From the NCBI GenBank assembly GCA_965113315.1, contig OZ220366.1: DNA of 64,000 nt; one strand, written 5' to 3'. The notes under the pieces are model-generated. The model saw only the letters and a list, made by a program, of their open reading frames with translations. It did not search any database and was not told where the DNA came from. The translations under genes and the position numbers were made by a program. Of the stretch, positions 25,710 through 38,471 are shown piece by piece; positions within the stretch are counted from its first letter, which is position 1, and each line of letters begins with the position of its first letter. The stretch comes from Podarcis vaucheri (lineage: Eukaryota).

Positions 25710-27110
25710 CAAGTAGCTGACCCCCATTGCTTGGGAGGGGGAACTTGGAGAAATAAGAACCCTCCAAGGAACAACAGGGGAAATACCCAGGGGCGGGGTG
25801 GCGGCACTGCTTACCTGACCTGCCACCACTGTTATTGTAATGTACCAAGAGGGGTGAGGCAACAAAGTCGGCACAATGCAAACACACCAGCTGGAGGGCT
25901 GGATTGGCTCCTCCAGCGCATTTGTACCATGTCAACCTGCCTCTTCCCCTCCTCGTATGCCGCAGTGGTGTGTCACTCTGTCAGTAGTCCCTGTAGGAAA
26001 GGTTATCACCCTCTTCAACACCTAGGCCTTAGAAGTGGCAAGAGACCATCCTATCCTACTTAACATTGTGCTCGGTGCTGAAGTGTGTGTGTGTGTGTGT
26101 TGACAGGCTTTCCAACCTGATGCATTGCTGCACACATCCAAGTCGCACCTATTAAAACAGTCAAAATTAGTGCTAAGGTGATCTAATTTGGTGCAGATTC
26201 CACTTCTGGCCTATTCTTTAATAATAATTATAAAAATGGATTTTTACTTATTTATTTTTTGCAATCTGAGATAAGACAGGCTGAGCACCAGAAATGAATC
26301 CTGGAGCTAATGCTGAACACTTTAGCCAGTGGTAGCACCCACCACCACTGCAAAACCCTGAAATGTTCGAATCCGTTCTTATTGACGCGAGCAGCAAAAT
26401 AGCTATTGATTGCAAGGACTCTGCATTGCATTTTCAGCACTCCACTGAGCATGCCACTGGAATAAACCCTGTTTGGACCTTAGTTCCAACTTGTTTCCGC
26501 ATCTGACCGCCCTGAGCAACTTTATTTAATAATTACTGTGCAATTATCCCCCAAAGTGACAGCTTGCAGGATATAGGTAAGGCAATTGTTTCACTCTGTT
26601 CCTATACTGCACAAGGGAATGAACTGCTGACTGGTCTGAACAATAATGAACTCCCACAAGAACTAGAGTGGGAAAGAATATTAGAAAATGCATGTGGCAG
26701 GAAAGGAGTTCAAAGCAGAGGGGTGTGGGAGGCACCAGAGAACAAGACAGAATGTGACCAGAGTCATACCATGTATTCTGATATGGCGGGTGCTCTCTTA
26801 ATCAGTGATGTCTTAATAGGGGGGGAATCATTTCATTGCAAAGGTTTCATAAAGCCGACATGTTGCCTTATCCTGCAACCTGTCAGGTTCCATTCTAGAG
26901 GTGATGCCGTCTAAACCTATTTTTTAGGTGCTGTTCTCGTACAATGTGCTTTAAAGCTTAAGCTAATTCTTATAAGGAGCTCTTATTGTAGTTCTGTATA
27001 GTGTGGTGGGTACTCTTGGTTTTTTCACAGTGGCCAAGCAGGTGCCTCTGCTGGGAAACCTGCAAGCAAGATCTAAGTGCAATGGCAGCCCTTTCTCCTT
27101 CCATGGCTTA

Positions 27111-27230
27111 TAGAATGGAAGTGTAGAGTTGGAAGGGAACATGGGCATCATCTAGTCCACCCTCTGCAATGCAGGAATCTTTGGCTCAAGATGGGGCTTG
27201 AACTCGGGATCTTGAGATTAAGAGACTCAG
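27111..27230 (-). mobile_element. Second tRNA-Lys/CR1-tail SINE copy
   Basis: Minus strand ctgagtctcttaatctcaag...gagttcaagccccatcttgagccaaagattcctgcattgcagagggtggactagatga...ccttccaactctac. Confidence 0.72.
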
Positions 27231-27825
27231 TTTTTGTTTTTTGTTTTTAAATGCATGTGTGGTTTAGAAATATTTAAATCATAAATAAATCTGAAGTTTG
27301 GGCAAAGGTCAAAAGACAGGGACTCTACAACCCTGGCATAGCTTTGGCAAGAAGGGACCTCAGCTGATTTTGGCTGTCATGAAAATTAACGCTGATTATT
27401 ACAGTACTTTTATGGCCAGGGAGTAAGAAAGGTTCTTGTGGGATTCTCTGCCTCAAGTGCCAATAACTTGACCAGCTTTGCATACTATGCAGCTTGACTT
27501 AGGTTAAAGAGGTTGTTATTTGCTGTTGTGACTCGGGCGGCAAAATGTTTTGGGGTGTCCCTGAAGGTGAGGAATGAGAGAAGCCCATCTTTCAAAGAAC
27601 AGATGTGGGTAAATGCAGATATACCTAGTAGACTTTGTTGCAATTGCGTATGGTTCTGGTGCCAGGTTTTAATAGAAAAGTTGTTGGAGGAAGAATTTGA
27701 GATAGACTAGGCAACGGATGGCTTAGAAATCTAGTCTGGCTCTCAAGGACATCCCATGCGGCTGCTATCAAAATCCCTGATCCCCAAGGCATCTCACCTC
27801 TTATTTACCTTAGTAACTTTTCTTT

Positions 27826-30800
27826 CCCCTTCATGGATCACTGCCTTGCCGTGGCGAAGGGGCTTGAAGAACTCAGAGAAGCTATGAACTATGCCGAGCA
27901 GGGCACCCAAGATGAACAGGTCATAGTGGAGAGTTTTGACCAAACGTGATCCACCTGGAGTAGGAACCGGCAAGCCACTCCAGTATCCCTGCCAAGAAAA
28001 CTCCATGGACAAAGACAACAGGCATATAAAAGTTATGACACTGGAAGATGAGCCCCTCAGGTCGGAAGGTGTCCAACATGCTACTGGGGAAGAGCGGAGG
28101 ACAAGTACAAGTAGATCCAGAGCTGATGAAGCGGCTGGGCCAAAGCCGAAAGGACGCTCAGTTGTGGATATGCATGGAAGCGAAAGGAAAGTCCAATGCT
28201 GTAAAGAAAAATATTGCCTAGGAACCTGGAATGTAAGAACCATGAACCTGGGTAAGTTGGATGTGATCAAAAATGAGATGGCAAGAATAAATATTGACAT
28301 CCTGGGCATCAGTGAGCTAAAATGGACGGGAATGGGCGAATTCAGGTCGGATGACTATCATATCTACTACTGTGGGCAAGAAACCCGTAAAAGAAATGGA
28401 GTGGCCCTCATAGTCAACAAAAGAGTGGCGAAAGCTGTACTGGGATGCAGTCTCAAAAATGATAGAATGATCTCGATACGAATCCAAGGCAGACCTTTTA
28501 ACATCACAGTAATCCAAGTTTATGCACCAACTACTGGTGCTGAAGAAACTGAAATTGATCAATTCTATGAAGACTTACAAGACCTTATAGAAGTGACACC
28601 AAAGAAGGATGTTCTACTCATTATAGGGGATTGGAATGCTAAAGTGGGGAATCAAGAGATAAAAGGAACAACTGGAAAGTTTGGCCTTGGAGATCAAAAC
28701 GAAGCAGGGCAAAGGCTAATAGAGTTCTGTCAAGAGAACAAGCTGGTCATCACAAACACGCTTTTCCAACAACACAAGAGACGACTCTACACATGGACAT
28801 CCCCAGATGGGCAACATCGAAATCAGATTGATTATATTCTCTGCAGCCAAAGATGGAGAAGCTCTATACAGTCAGCAAAAACAAGACCTGGAGCTGACTG
28901 TGGCTCAGATCATCAGCTTCTTATAGCAAAATTCAAGCTTAAACTGAAGAAAGTAGGTAAAACCACCGGACAGGTAAGATACAATCTAAACCAAATCCCT
29001 TATGAATACACAGTGGAAGTGAGGAACAGGTTTAAGGATTTAGATTTGCTGGACAGAGTGCCTGAAGAACTATGGGTGGATGCTCGCAACATTATACAGG
29101 AGGCAGCAACTAAAACCATCCCAATGAAAAAGAAATGCAATAAAGCAAAGTGGCTGTCCAACGAGGCCTTACAAATAGCGGGGGAGAGAAGGCAAGCAAA
29201 ATGCGAGGGAGATAGTGAAAGATACAGGAAATTGAATGCAGATTTCCAAAGAATAGCAAGGAGAGACAAGAAGGCCTTCTTAAACGAGCAATGCAAAGAA
29301 ATAGAGGAAAGCAACAGAATGGGAAGAACCAGAGATCTGTTCAAGAAAATCGGGAGTATGAAAGGAACATTTCGTACAAAGATTACCATAATAAAGGACA
29401 AAAGTGGTAAAGACCTAACTGAAGCAGAAGACATCAAGAAGAGGTGGCAAGAATACACAGAGGAATTATACCAGAAAGATATGGATGTCTCGTACACCCC
29501 AGGTAGTGTGGTTGCTGACCTTGAGCCAGACATCCTGGAGAGTGAAGTCAAATGGGCCTTAGAAAGCACTGCAAATAACAAGGCCAGTGGAAGTGATGGT
29601 ATTCCAGCTGAACTGTTTAAAATTTTAAAAGATGATGCTGTTAAGGTGCTACACTCAATATGCGAGCAAGTTTGGAAAACTCAGCAGTGGCCAGAGGATT
29701 GGAGAAGATCAGTCTACATCCCAATCCCAAAGAAAGGCAGTGCCAAAGAATGCTCCAACTACCGCACAATTTCACTCATTTCACATGCTAGCAAGGTTAT
29801 GCTTAAAATTCTACAAGGAAGGCTCAAGCAGTATGTGGACCGAGAACTCCCAGAAGTGCAAGCTGGATTTAGAAGAGGCAGAGGAACCAGAGACCAAATT
29901 GCAAACATGCGCTGGATTATGGAGAAAGCTAGAGAGTTCCAGAAAGACATGTACTTCTGCTTCATTGACTATGCAAAAGCCTTTGACTGTGTTGACCACA
30001 GCAAACTATGGCAAGTTCTTAAAGAAATGGGAGTGCCTGATCACCTCATCTGTCTCCTGAGAAATCTCTATGTGGGACAAGAAGCTACAGTTAGAACTGG
30101 ATATGGAACAACTGATTGGTTCCAAATTGGGAAAGGAGTACGGCAAGGCTGTATATTGTCTCCCTGCTTATTTAACTTATATGCAGAATTCATCATGCGA
30201 AAGGCTGGGCTGGATGAATCCCAAGCCGGAATTAAGATTGCCGGAAGAAATATCAACAACCTCAGATATGCAGATGACACAACCTTGATGGCAGAAAGTG
30301 AAGAGGAGTTAAAGAACCTTTTAATGAGGGTGAAAGAGGAGAGCGCAAAATATGGTCTGAAGCTCAACATCAAAAAAACGAAGATCATGGCCACTGGGCC
30401 CATCACCTCCTGGCAAATAGAAGGGGAAGAAATGGAGGCAGTGAGAGATTTTACTTTCTTGGGCTCCATGATCACTGCAGATGGTGACAGCAGTCACGAA
30501 ATTAAAAGACGCCTGCTCCTTGGGAGAAAGGCGATGGCAAACTTAGACAACATCTTAACAAGCAGAGACATCACCTTGCCAACAAAGGTCCGTATAGTAA
30601 AAGCCATGGTTTTCCCAGTAGTGATGTATGGAAGTGAGAGCTGGACCATAAAGAAGGCTGATCGCCGAAGAATTGATGCTTTTGAATTATGGTGCTGGAG
30701 GAGACTCTTGAGAGTCCCATGGACTGCAAGAAGATCAAACCTCTCCATTCTGAAGGAAATCAGCCCTGAGCGCTCACTGGAAGGACAGATCGTGAAACTG

Positions 30801-31034
30801 AGGCTCCAGTACTTTGGCCACCTCATGAGAAGAGAAGACTCACTGGAAAAGACCCTGATGTTGGGAAAGATGGAGGGCACAAGGAGAAGGGGACGACAGA
30901 GAATGAGATGGTTGGATGGTGTTCTTGAAGCTACCAGCATGAGTTTGATCAAACTGCGGGAGGCAGTGGAGGACAGAAGTGCCTGGCGTGCTCTGGTCCA
31001 TGGGGTCACGAAGAGTCGGACACGACTAAACGAC

Positions 31035-31075
<41 letters not shown>
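27826..31075 (+). mobile_element. Full-length Bov-B (RTE clade) LINE
   Basis: ~3.25 kb, Bov-B-type 5' UTR (ATGGATCACTGCCTTG...), single long ORF, (CAA)n tail 31039-31075, 11-bp TSD AACTTTTCTTT (27815-27825, 31076-31086). Confidence 0.98.
28005..31037 (+). CDS. Bov-B ORF: apurinic-like endonuclease + reverse transcriptase (1010 aa from first ATG; frame open from 27936)
   Basis: APE motifs GTWNVRT, GISE, QVYAPT, GDWNAK, QIDYIL, SDH; RT motifs NYRTISL, QAGFR, FIDYAKAFD, GVRQGCILSP, YADD, FLGS; no stops or frameshifts. Confidence 0.97.
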
Positions 31076-31077
<2 letters not shown>

Positions 31078-33188
31078 CTTTTCTTTAAAAATATTTTTGT
31101 GTAATAAGGGAAGGGCTTGAAGGCTTCTGGTGCCTATAGGGTGGCCACTTATTCATTACAAGAAGAGGATACAATTTTGCATATGCTAATTTGCCTGTAT
31201 AGATGCACATTTGAAAAATAGTTATTGCTATTTAATTACTCATCATCTCATCCTCCACAATTGGAGGTGGGGGGGTGGGAGCCTATCTAAGGTATGGGAT
31301 GTGGCTCAGATGATCAAGCTGACAAGCCTCATAAGGGTTAGAGAAAGTCATCAGCAAGACAATAAATGCATAGAAAAGTGGTGTCTGTTCATTTCCTACT
31401 GCAACCAAAGACTGAAGGAGATATATAGAGAAGCATATTTTAGGTTTAGTTATTTATGCAATTGCATTAGTTTTCGGTTGTTGTTTTTTAAATACAACTT
31501 AAACTGAATGATTTGGATATTTTATATACGATAAGGATGAAAGTTTTTTCACAGAACTTTTTTTTTAAAAAAAGGAAAAGAAAATAATTACGATATTTAC
31601 GTAGGAATGCAATGCATCTCACTTATAGGGGGAAAGACTGGGACCAGTCTGCTCTCAGATGGTGACTGTCGATTGGCAACTTCAAGGTCCCCTTCTCTTA
31701 CACATTATGGTTCTTTTTCTGTAAACTGGACTTTGGTTGATATCCATGACCAGGGCCTTATGTGAAATTTGGTTCTGGAGTTCTAAAGCTGGAGCTGAAC
31801 GTGAACTTGAAATTTAAGTAGCTCAATTTGGAGTCACTAACCCAGCATGGATTCAAAGAGATTAAGAGACACATATCCTCACTGTTAGCTCCTCTTCTGC
31901 CTGGTCATCTGCTGGGTCATTGTCTACAGCTGGATCTTGCCCTTCATCCTGAGGAGACCCGGCCAGTAGACCCTCCTGGCAGACAAATGGATGTTTTTAT
32001 GCTGACTTTCTGCCAACTTTCTTCTTGATGGTTGGGGGGGAAGTTGGGAGAATCAGGGATCAAAGCTCTGGAAAGGTTACTGGGCAGCCCAGGTGAGACA
32101 TGCAGGTGAGATGGGAGACTTCAAGCTATTTTGGGACTATGGTGGATTCACACAGGTCCTCGCCTACATTGGGGTTCTCTGTGGGATCCTAAGCTTCTTC
32201 CTCAGAACTGGTCTTCCAGGGGCCTGGGTCCAGCAGAATCTGGACAATGAGGCACCTCTTCAAATAGAAGGCACTTTCAAATAAAAGACTGAATTCTTGA
32301 CAGCCCTTCTAGCAGAGGATTATCCTCTTTAAGGTAGGACACATGGCCGTTATTAGTGGACTTTTATGTTTTGAAGTAAATAGAATAAGGGGTCATTTGC
32401 CTCTCATGTTCATGGAGAAATAATTGAACAGAGGGCAGAACTAACTTCATTGGCTCCTTAACTCAACTCAGAATATGACCCCGCATTAAAAATTAGCCAG
32501 GTACTAGGGATTTAAAACCATTGTGTTCTTCTTTGGGAGAGACGTACTAAAAATTGCAGAATTGGGTCAAATAGTCATCTTGCCTATTTTACACTTAAGA
32601 ATTTGGTTTTTTATATTCTCATGTTTGTCTAAAAATGTAACAGTTCTGACAGCTTTCTCCTCTTGTTTTTGCTCAGTTTGGGTATCATATCACATGGCAT
32701 GTTGAATCAAGGGCTGTGAGTATCAAGCTGTTAATAACATCTGATGCAGAAAAAACCCAACCCATTTAATACTTCAAAGCACGCAAGTGGGCACTTCAAA
32801 GCAGAAACAGAAGCTTTTTAGCTATTGTTCCATCTTCCTCAAACATTACACTGTTTCTCCCTGGACAACTCCAGCTGGTGAAACAAAAGGAGCATGTTTT
32901 GGAAAATGGTGGTGGTTTCCTGCTCCCGGGGATGGGGGCAGGTTGGCCAAACACTGCTGTTCATTTCATATGTGTGTGGCAGAGATAAAACGAATTACTG
33001 CATTGCAGCTAATAATGTGTAAAGGTTATCCTTTCAGTCATGGTTCTTTTGGGTATCCTTTTTGTGTTTAAAGAAAGGCAGTGAATTTTGTTTATGCACA
33101 GTGTAGTGTGTGTCTCTTCCCAAAGGAGAGCACTGCAAAAGCAAAAGGTAGTAACCAGAGAATGCTGCATAGCTTCCCTGCCTTGGCA

Positions 33189-33229
<41 letters not shown>
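33189..33229 (+). repeat. (ATT)n microsatellite
   Basis: Perfect trinucleotide run. Confidence 0.97.
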
Positions 33230-33230
<1 letters not shown>

Positions 33231-33432
33231 GCCCTGTTACTCGTTAAATGATCACAAATCACAGCAGGTTCCCTTATTCTGTAGATAATGTAGAGTGGTA
33301 GAACGAAGGACACCTTTTAAGTGATTATCTGCACGGAGATGTGTTAGACCAAACTATATTGCATTATTCTAAAAACTTGAATGCAGCCGATATGTTATTC
33401 ACCCCACACTTCCTTCAGAGTACTGGTGAATA

Positions 33433-33711
33433 CAGTGGTACCTCTGGTTGTGAACGGGATCCGTTCCAGAGGCCCGTTTGCAACATGAAAAGAACGCAAC
33501 CCGCAGCGGTGCATCTGCGCATGCGTAGGTTGCGATTTGCCGCTTCTGTGCATGCACGTGACTTCATTTTGCGCGTCTGCACATGTGCGAGCAGCGAAAC
33601 TTCATTTTGCGCGTCTGCACATGTGCGAGCAGCGAAACCTGGAAGTAACCCTTTCTGGGACATAACCTGAAAGAACGTAACATGAAATGGACGTAACATG
33701 AGGTATGACTG
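33433..33711. mobile_element. Tc1/mariner-type MITE with internal 38-bp tandem duplication
   Basis: TA-CAGTGGTACCTC...GAGGTATGACTG-TA; CpG-rich; ACTTCATTTTGCGCGTCTGCACATGTGCGAGCAGCGAA twice (33561-33598, 33599-33636). Confidence 0.85.
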
Positions 33712-34159
33712 TATTTTTCAGGCACTATATAAATAGTCTTAAAAGGCTTCATCTGCGGTAGTAGAAACCTGCCTAGATATTTAGCTATGTTAGGAATCTA
33801 CCTGCTTAAGAGATTGGGGTTCTAAATTTGGCATTTAACAGGTGAACTACTAAGCGAGCAGTTCAAGGTGCAGGCTTTGGGCATTGCTGGCTAAAGATGT
33901 GCTGCTTTCTGAAGATGCCAAATTATGCCTCATCCAACTCAACCTTTTAAAGACCAGCTGCGACAATCTCTGCCTTCATATATCTCTCATTTGTGGTGCC
34001 TCCTGAACAGGACTATTTCACCTCCAACAATTCAATATTCAGAAACCAATTGGTCTGGAAGTTGAAACTTATTTCAACACTGGCAGTGAGATTGCATCTT
34101 GCATTGCACTTGAGGGCAGCAGGTTAGTTCAGGGGTACATGACAAGCCTATGGCGCCAT

Positions 34160-34629
34160 GATTTAAGAAGGATATTGACAAGCTGGAACATGTGCAGAGG
34201 GCGGTGTCCAAAATGATCAAAGGTCTGGAAACCAAATCTGGAAACTCTGGTTGAGAGAGTTGGATATGTTTAGCCTGGAAAAGAGGACACTAAGAAAAGA
34301 CATGATAGCCATCTTCAAATATCTAAAGGGCTGTCACATGGAAGATGGCGCAAGGTTGTTTTCTCCTGCTCTGGAGGGTAGGACTCGAACTAATGGTTTC
34401 AAGTTATAAGAAAGAGATTTTGACCAAACATCAGGAAGACCATTCTGACAGTGAGAGCTGTTCGTCCGTGGAATGGATTCACTCGGAAGGTGGTGGGATC
34501 TCCTTCATTGGAACAGAGGTTGGATGGCCATCTGTCATGGATGCTTTAGTGGAGATTCCTGTATTGCAGGGGGTTGGACTAGATGACCCTTGGGGTACCT
34601 TTCAGCTCCACAGTTCTGTAATTCTGTGA
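34160..34629 (+). mobile_element. CR1 LINE 3' fragment (end of ORF2 + 3' UTR)
   Basis: Degenerate FKKDIDKLEHVQR...LRELDMFSLEKR coding remnant and gggttggactagatgaccc...attctgtga terminus. Confidence 0.88.
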
Positions 34630-35906
34630 AATAAGTACTTTCTATTATATTGAACCTACTGACATTAAGTAGCCTGAAGCTTGAGTATTATGAACCAAGG
34701 GAGAAGAAAATATTTGCTCCACAAAACGTGTAGATATTTAGCATCATTCAGAATCTTTTGTCTCTGGATATGTTTATAGGCAAGTCTTCTGCAAATGCAA
34801 TAGCTAACCACAAACAGAAACTAGAAAATCAGCACTTGAAAGTGTAGGCTGGACAGTGTGGGCAGATGTTTTATTACAATTGTTTTATTGGAATTTTAAT
34901 TATGGGTGTTTATATTTTAATGGGATTGTTTTATTGTGCATTTTATATTTTAATCCTTGTGTAACTGGTGTTTTTTGGCATTAAGCTGTATATAAATCAA
35001 CACCAACAGCAGTTGCTCTGAATTTTATTAAAAGCAAGAGAGTGACCACCTGGGGGAGCAAATTGTATCCTGAGTGATAGAGCAGGCTCTGTTACCCTAA
35101 GCTAAACCTTGTATCTAAAGCACCTTTATCCATCTTTCCCGTGCAGTCTTTTTAAAGCCTCATGCAAGCATACAGTCTCCCTGTGCACTACAAACAGTTA
35201 AAATAGCAACTTCTGAAATTAAATTTCGCACCGACTCTGTATTAAGATCACATAATGTCAGCTTTTGCAGCAGATCTATTAGGTGCACAATCAACTATGC
35301 CAATCCTTGGTACGATTTTTCATTATGCAAAGTCATGTTTCTTGCGTGTTGTTTGGAATGAGCTCTCTGCCGGCATTAGGCAGCATAGCTTGTCCTTTTG
35401 TGATTAACTATTGCATTGCCTTGACTTTTTCTTTAGCTCAGCTTCGTCATCCTGTACAAAATGAATTTCAGGTTTCGATAGAAGACTGAGCTTAATTTTG
35501 CTCTGGCATTATGAAAGAATTGTTTGTTTTCTCACTAGCTTGCAGTTCACTTGAGAGTGTGTATATTTTGGTCCAAAGCAGGTTTTCAATAAGAAATATA
35601 AATACTGTACAGTATTCATGCAAATTGCAGTTGACTTATCTTTTGAGAACACAATCCAAGGACAGGATTTTTATTCTCAAATTATTGAAAATATTTATAG
35701 ACTGATTCAAGAATTATAAGTTGAAATGTTACAACTTTTCATTTATTGCTTATTATTATTAATAACAATGATATCCAGTGTTATTTATACTCAGAGCCAA
35801 GCGCATTGATTTCAGTGGGTTTACTCGAACTTAATTGGATATCGGCAGTAATTGTTAAATGTTCAAAGCCCTTCATGAATAGCAGAAGGGGAAAACCTGA
35901 ATAGAA

Positions 35907-36000
35907 GCTCCCTCGTCCAATAAAGCGAGATCAGCGCTGCAACCCCAGAGTCGGTCATGACTGGACCCAATGGTCAGGGGTCCCTTTACCTTTACCTTTA
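35907..36000 (+). mobile_element. 5'-truncated Sauria SINE (3' end)
   Basis: ccaataaagcgagat...agagtcggtcatgactggac...(ACCTTT)n. Confidence 0.88.
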
Positions 36001-36200
36001 TACAATGTAAACAATAAAACAATTTCCCTGCAGGAGGAAACACATAAAACAGTTTAATAATGTACACAAGAGCCAGCATAAAATCATTTTTGAAAACAGT
36101 AAAAGTCAAAATGCCATTTGAGACCATTTACAAGCAACCCCTCCATACACAGCCTTTTCCTATATGTTTTAGGAGCGTACATTGCTAAACTATGTAAGTT

Positions 36201-36344
36201 ACAGATAGGTAGCCGTGTTGGTCTGCCATGGTCAAAATAAAAAAATTCCTTCCATCTGAAGAAGTGTGCATGCACACGAAAGCTCATACCAAGAACTAAC
36301 TTAGTTGGTCTTTAAGGTGCTACTGGAAGGAATTTTTTTTATTT
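36201..36344. mobile_element. Miniature Penelope-like insertion (inverted tail + pLTR)
   Basis: Same sequence as the 11033-11156 arm, split into an inverted tail and a forward pLTR; perfect 15-bp TSD TAAACTATGTAAGTT (36186-36200, 36345-36359). Confidence 0.88.
36254..36289 (+). ncRNA. Minimal type I hammerhead ribozyme motif (PLE-associated)
   Basis: AT-CTGAAGA-A-GTGTGCATGCACAC-GAAAGCTC-ATAC; stem I largely lost at the junction. Confidence 0.7.
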
Positions 36345-36573
36345 TAAACTATGTAAGTTTCACACAGTTTGAAATACCATGCCTTTTTCCAATGAATCCT
36401 GGAGATTGTAGGATGATGAGGATGCTAAGAATTCTCTGTTATAGTTTTCTGACCCCTTCTTAGGATAGGATTCCCCAAAGAGAGGGAACTACTGCTAGGC
36501 CATTTAAGTTTGACATGTAGGTGCTCACTATGGCAGCAAATAAATGCTTAGAATGGGGTGTGAAAAGTGGGAT

Positions 36574-36596
36574 TAGATAGATATAGATAGATAGAT

Positions 36597-36639
<43 letters not shown>

Positions 36640-36667
36640 GATAGATAGATTAGATTAATAGATAGAT
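36574..36667 (+). repeat. (GATA)n microsatellite, interrupted
   Basis: Tetranucleotide run. Confidence 0.96.
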
Positions 36668-37736
36668 CACCCATGTGGGATAATTAATAAAAAAAATGTG
36701 CTGGATGCATATATCTAGAAACACAAACTTCAATGAGAGAGAGCACCTCAGCAGCAAGAGAGAATCACAAAAACAAGCAGCAGTGTAGTGTGGGGATTTA
36801 GGCTGTTAAACCTTAAAATAGTTTAAGTTGCCAACAGTGCTTCCCGTTTTCTACCCCTCTCACACTGTACAGAACACACTGGTAGTAAGTGTGAATGTTG
36901 TACTTACAAATTTCAAAGGTCAGATTCATGTGTTATTCCATGCAGCAGCAAGAAGAACACAGGTCGAAAATTAATGGGGTTGCAAAATACAGAAAAATAC
37001 TTCTGAGCATACTTGAAGCAGTCAACCTTCCAACTTGTTCTCTCTCCCACTCTGCAGCTGGCCACACCCTCCATTCTTTGTTCCTTCCAGCCCAATTCCT
37101 AAAGGAAACTTATCCTTACGCCACCTCAGTCCAGTACAGACGCATTCTCCTCCACTGTATCTAGAGGCAAGGGACTAGCTAGGGGGCCACAGGGCAGGCA
37201 TTAAAACCAGAATCAAGCAAGCTTTGCTACCAGGGACTTGGGAGAATTGGAATGGTTGGATTATTGCTCAGAACTCAGAAGGAGTTGTCCCAGCCAATTT
37301 ACGTGAGTTTGCTGCCCTATTCTCCCTCATGGTAAGTCTGGCCCTGCTGAGGATGTAGTTGTGTACATATTGATTGTGACCAGTGTTTCCTCAGTGGAAA
37401 CATTTCACACATTTAGCTAGTCTTGAGGAATCAAGGAATGAGAGAGACCTTGGAACTGCATGCAAAAACAGCCCTGCATATGTATTCCTCAGTCTCAAAT
37501 TACTGTACTTGCTGACTGTTCTGTTATGAATGGCATTCCTGAGGTTACAAATGCTTGCATTCTTTGCATCATTTGCTGTCATCTCCAGGATGTCACATAT
37601 TAATGAAACCCCATCAAACAGTGTATGTGTTTTTTGTTTTTAAAGAACGAACAAACCCAACTTATTTAAACCAATAGCTTCCCTGTAAGATAGCAGCAGG
37701 CAAAGTGACATTTTCAGAGATTTCCCCCACTAAATA

Positions 37737-37977
37737 CAGTGGTACCTCGGGTTACATATGCTTCAGGTTACATACACTTCAGGTTACAGACTCCGCTAAC
37801 CCAGAAATAGTACCTCAGGTTAAGAACTTTGTTCAGGATGAGAACAGAAATCATGCTCTGGTGGCGCGATGGCAGCAGGAGGCCCCATTAGCTAAAGTGG
37901 TGCTTCAGGTTACGAACAGTTTCAGGTTAAGAACAGACCTCCGGAACAATTTAAGTACTTAAGCCGAGGTACCACTG
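37737..37977. mobile_element. Tc1/mariner-type MITE
   Basis: TA-CAGTGGTACCTCGG...CCGAGGTACCACTG-TA. Confidence 0.88.
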
Positions 37978-38356
37978 TATTGCTTTTAATAAACGTTGTT
38001 TGCATTTATCCTTTAACCCTATACTCATTCTAAGAGATGATACATAAAACATTTCAAAAAAAATATTTTGAAACACCTCTGAACTATAATTCATTTAAAG
38101 ACATAACCCTAATTAGAATGAAAGGATTTGTCAGGAATTTGAGCAATTTTCTACTTGGCCAATTTACTATTAAAATGCTTAGAATTTTGTTGAACGATCA
38201 TTGGGGGGGGGATTACTTCCACTAGGCTATATTGGCTAGGCATATGATTGAAGGGTGATATAAAAATATTGATGATGATGATGATAAGGCATTACGTAAT
38301 CCACTACTCTATTTAAATACCAGGATAAATTTTCAGGTAAGGACCAATTTGTAGCA

Positions 38357-38471
38357 GAGTTTGGTTGACCATCTGTCATGGATGCTTTAGTTGAGATTCC
38401 TGCATTGCAGGGAGTTGGACTAGATTAGCCCCAGGGGTACTTTCCAACTCTACAATTATATCATTCTGTGA
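38357..38471 (+). mobile_element. CR1 3' UTR remnant
   Basis: gagattcctgcattgcagggagttggactaga...ttccaactctacaattat..attctgtga. Confidence 0.72.

Noticed and set aside
28123-28163. CTGATGA...GGCT/AGCC-GAAA hammerhead-like motif inside the Bov-B ORF
   Set aside because: No stem I can form, three extra bases precede stem II, and it lies in coding sequence; a simple hairpin explains it.
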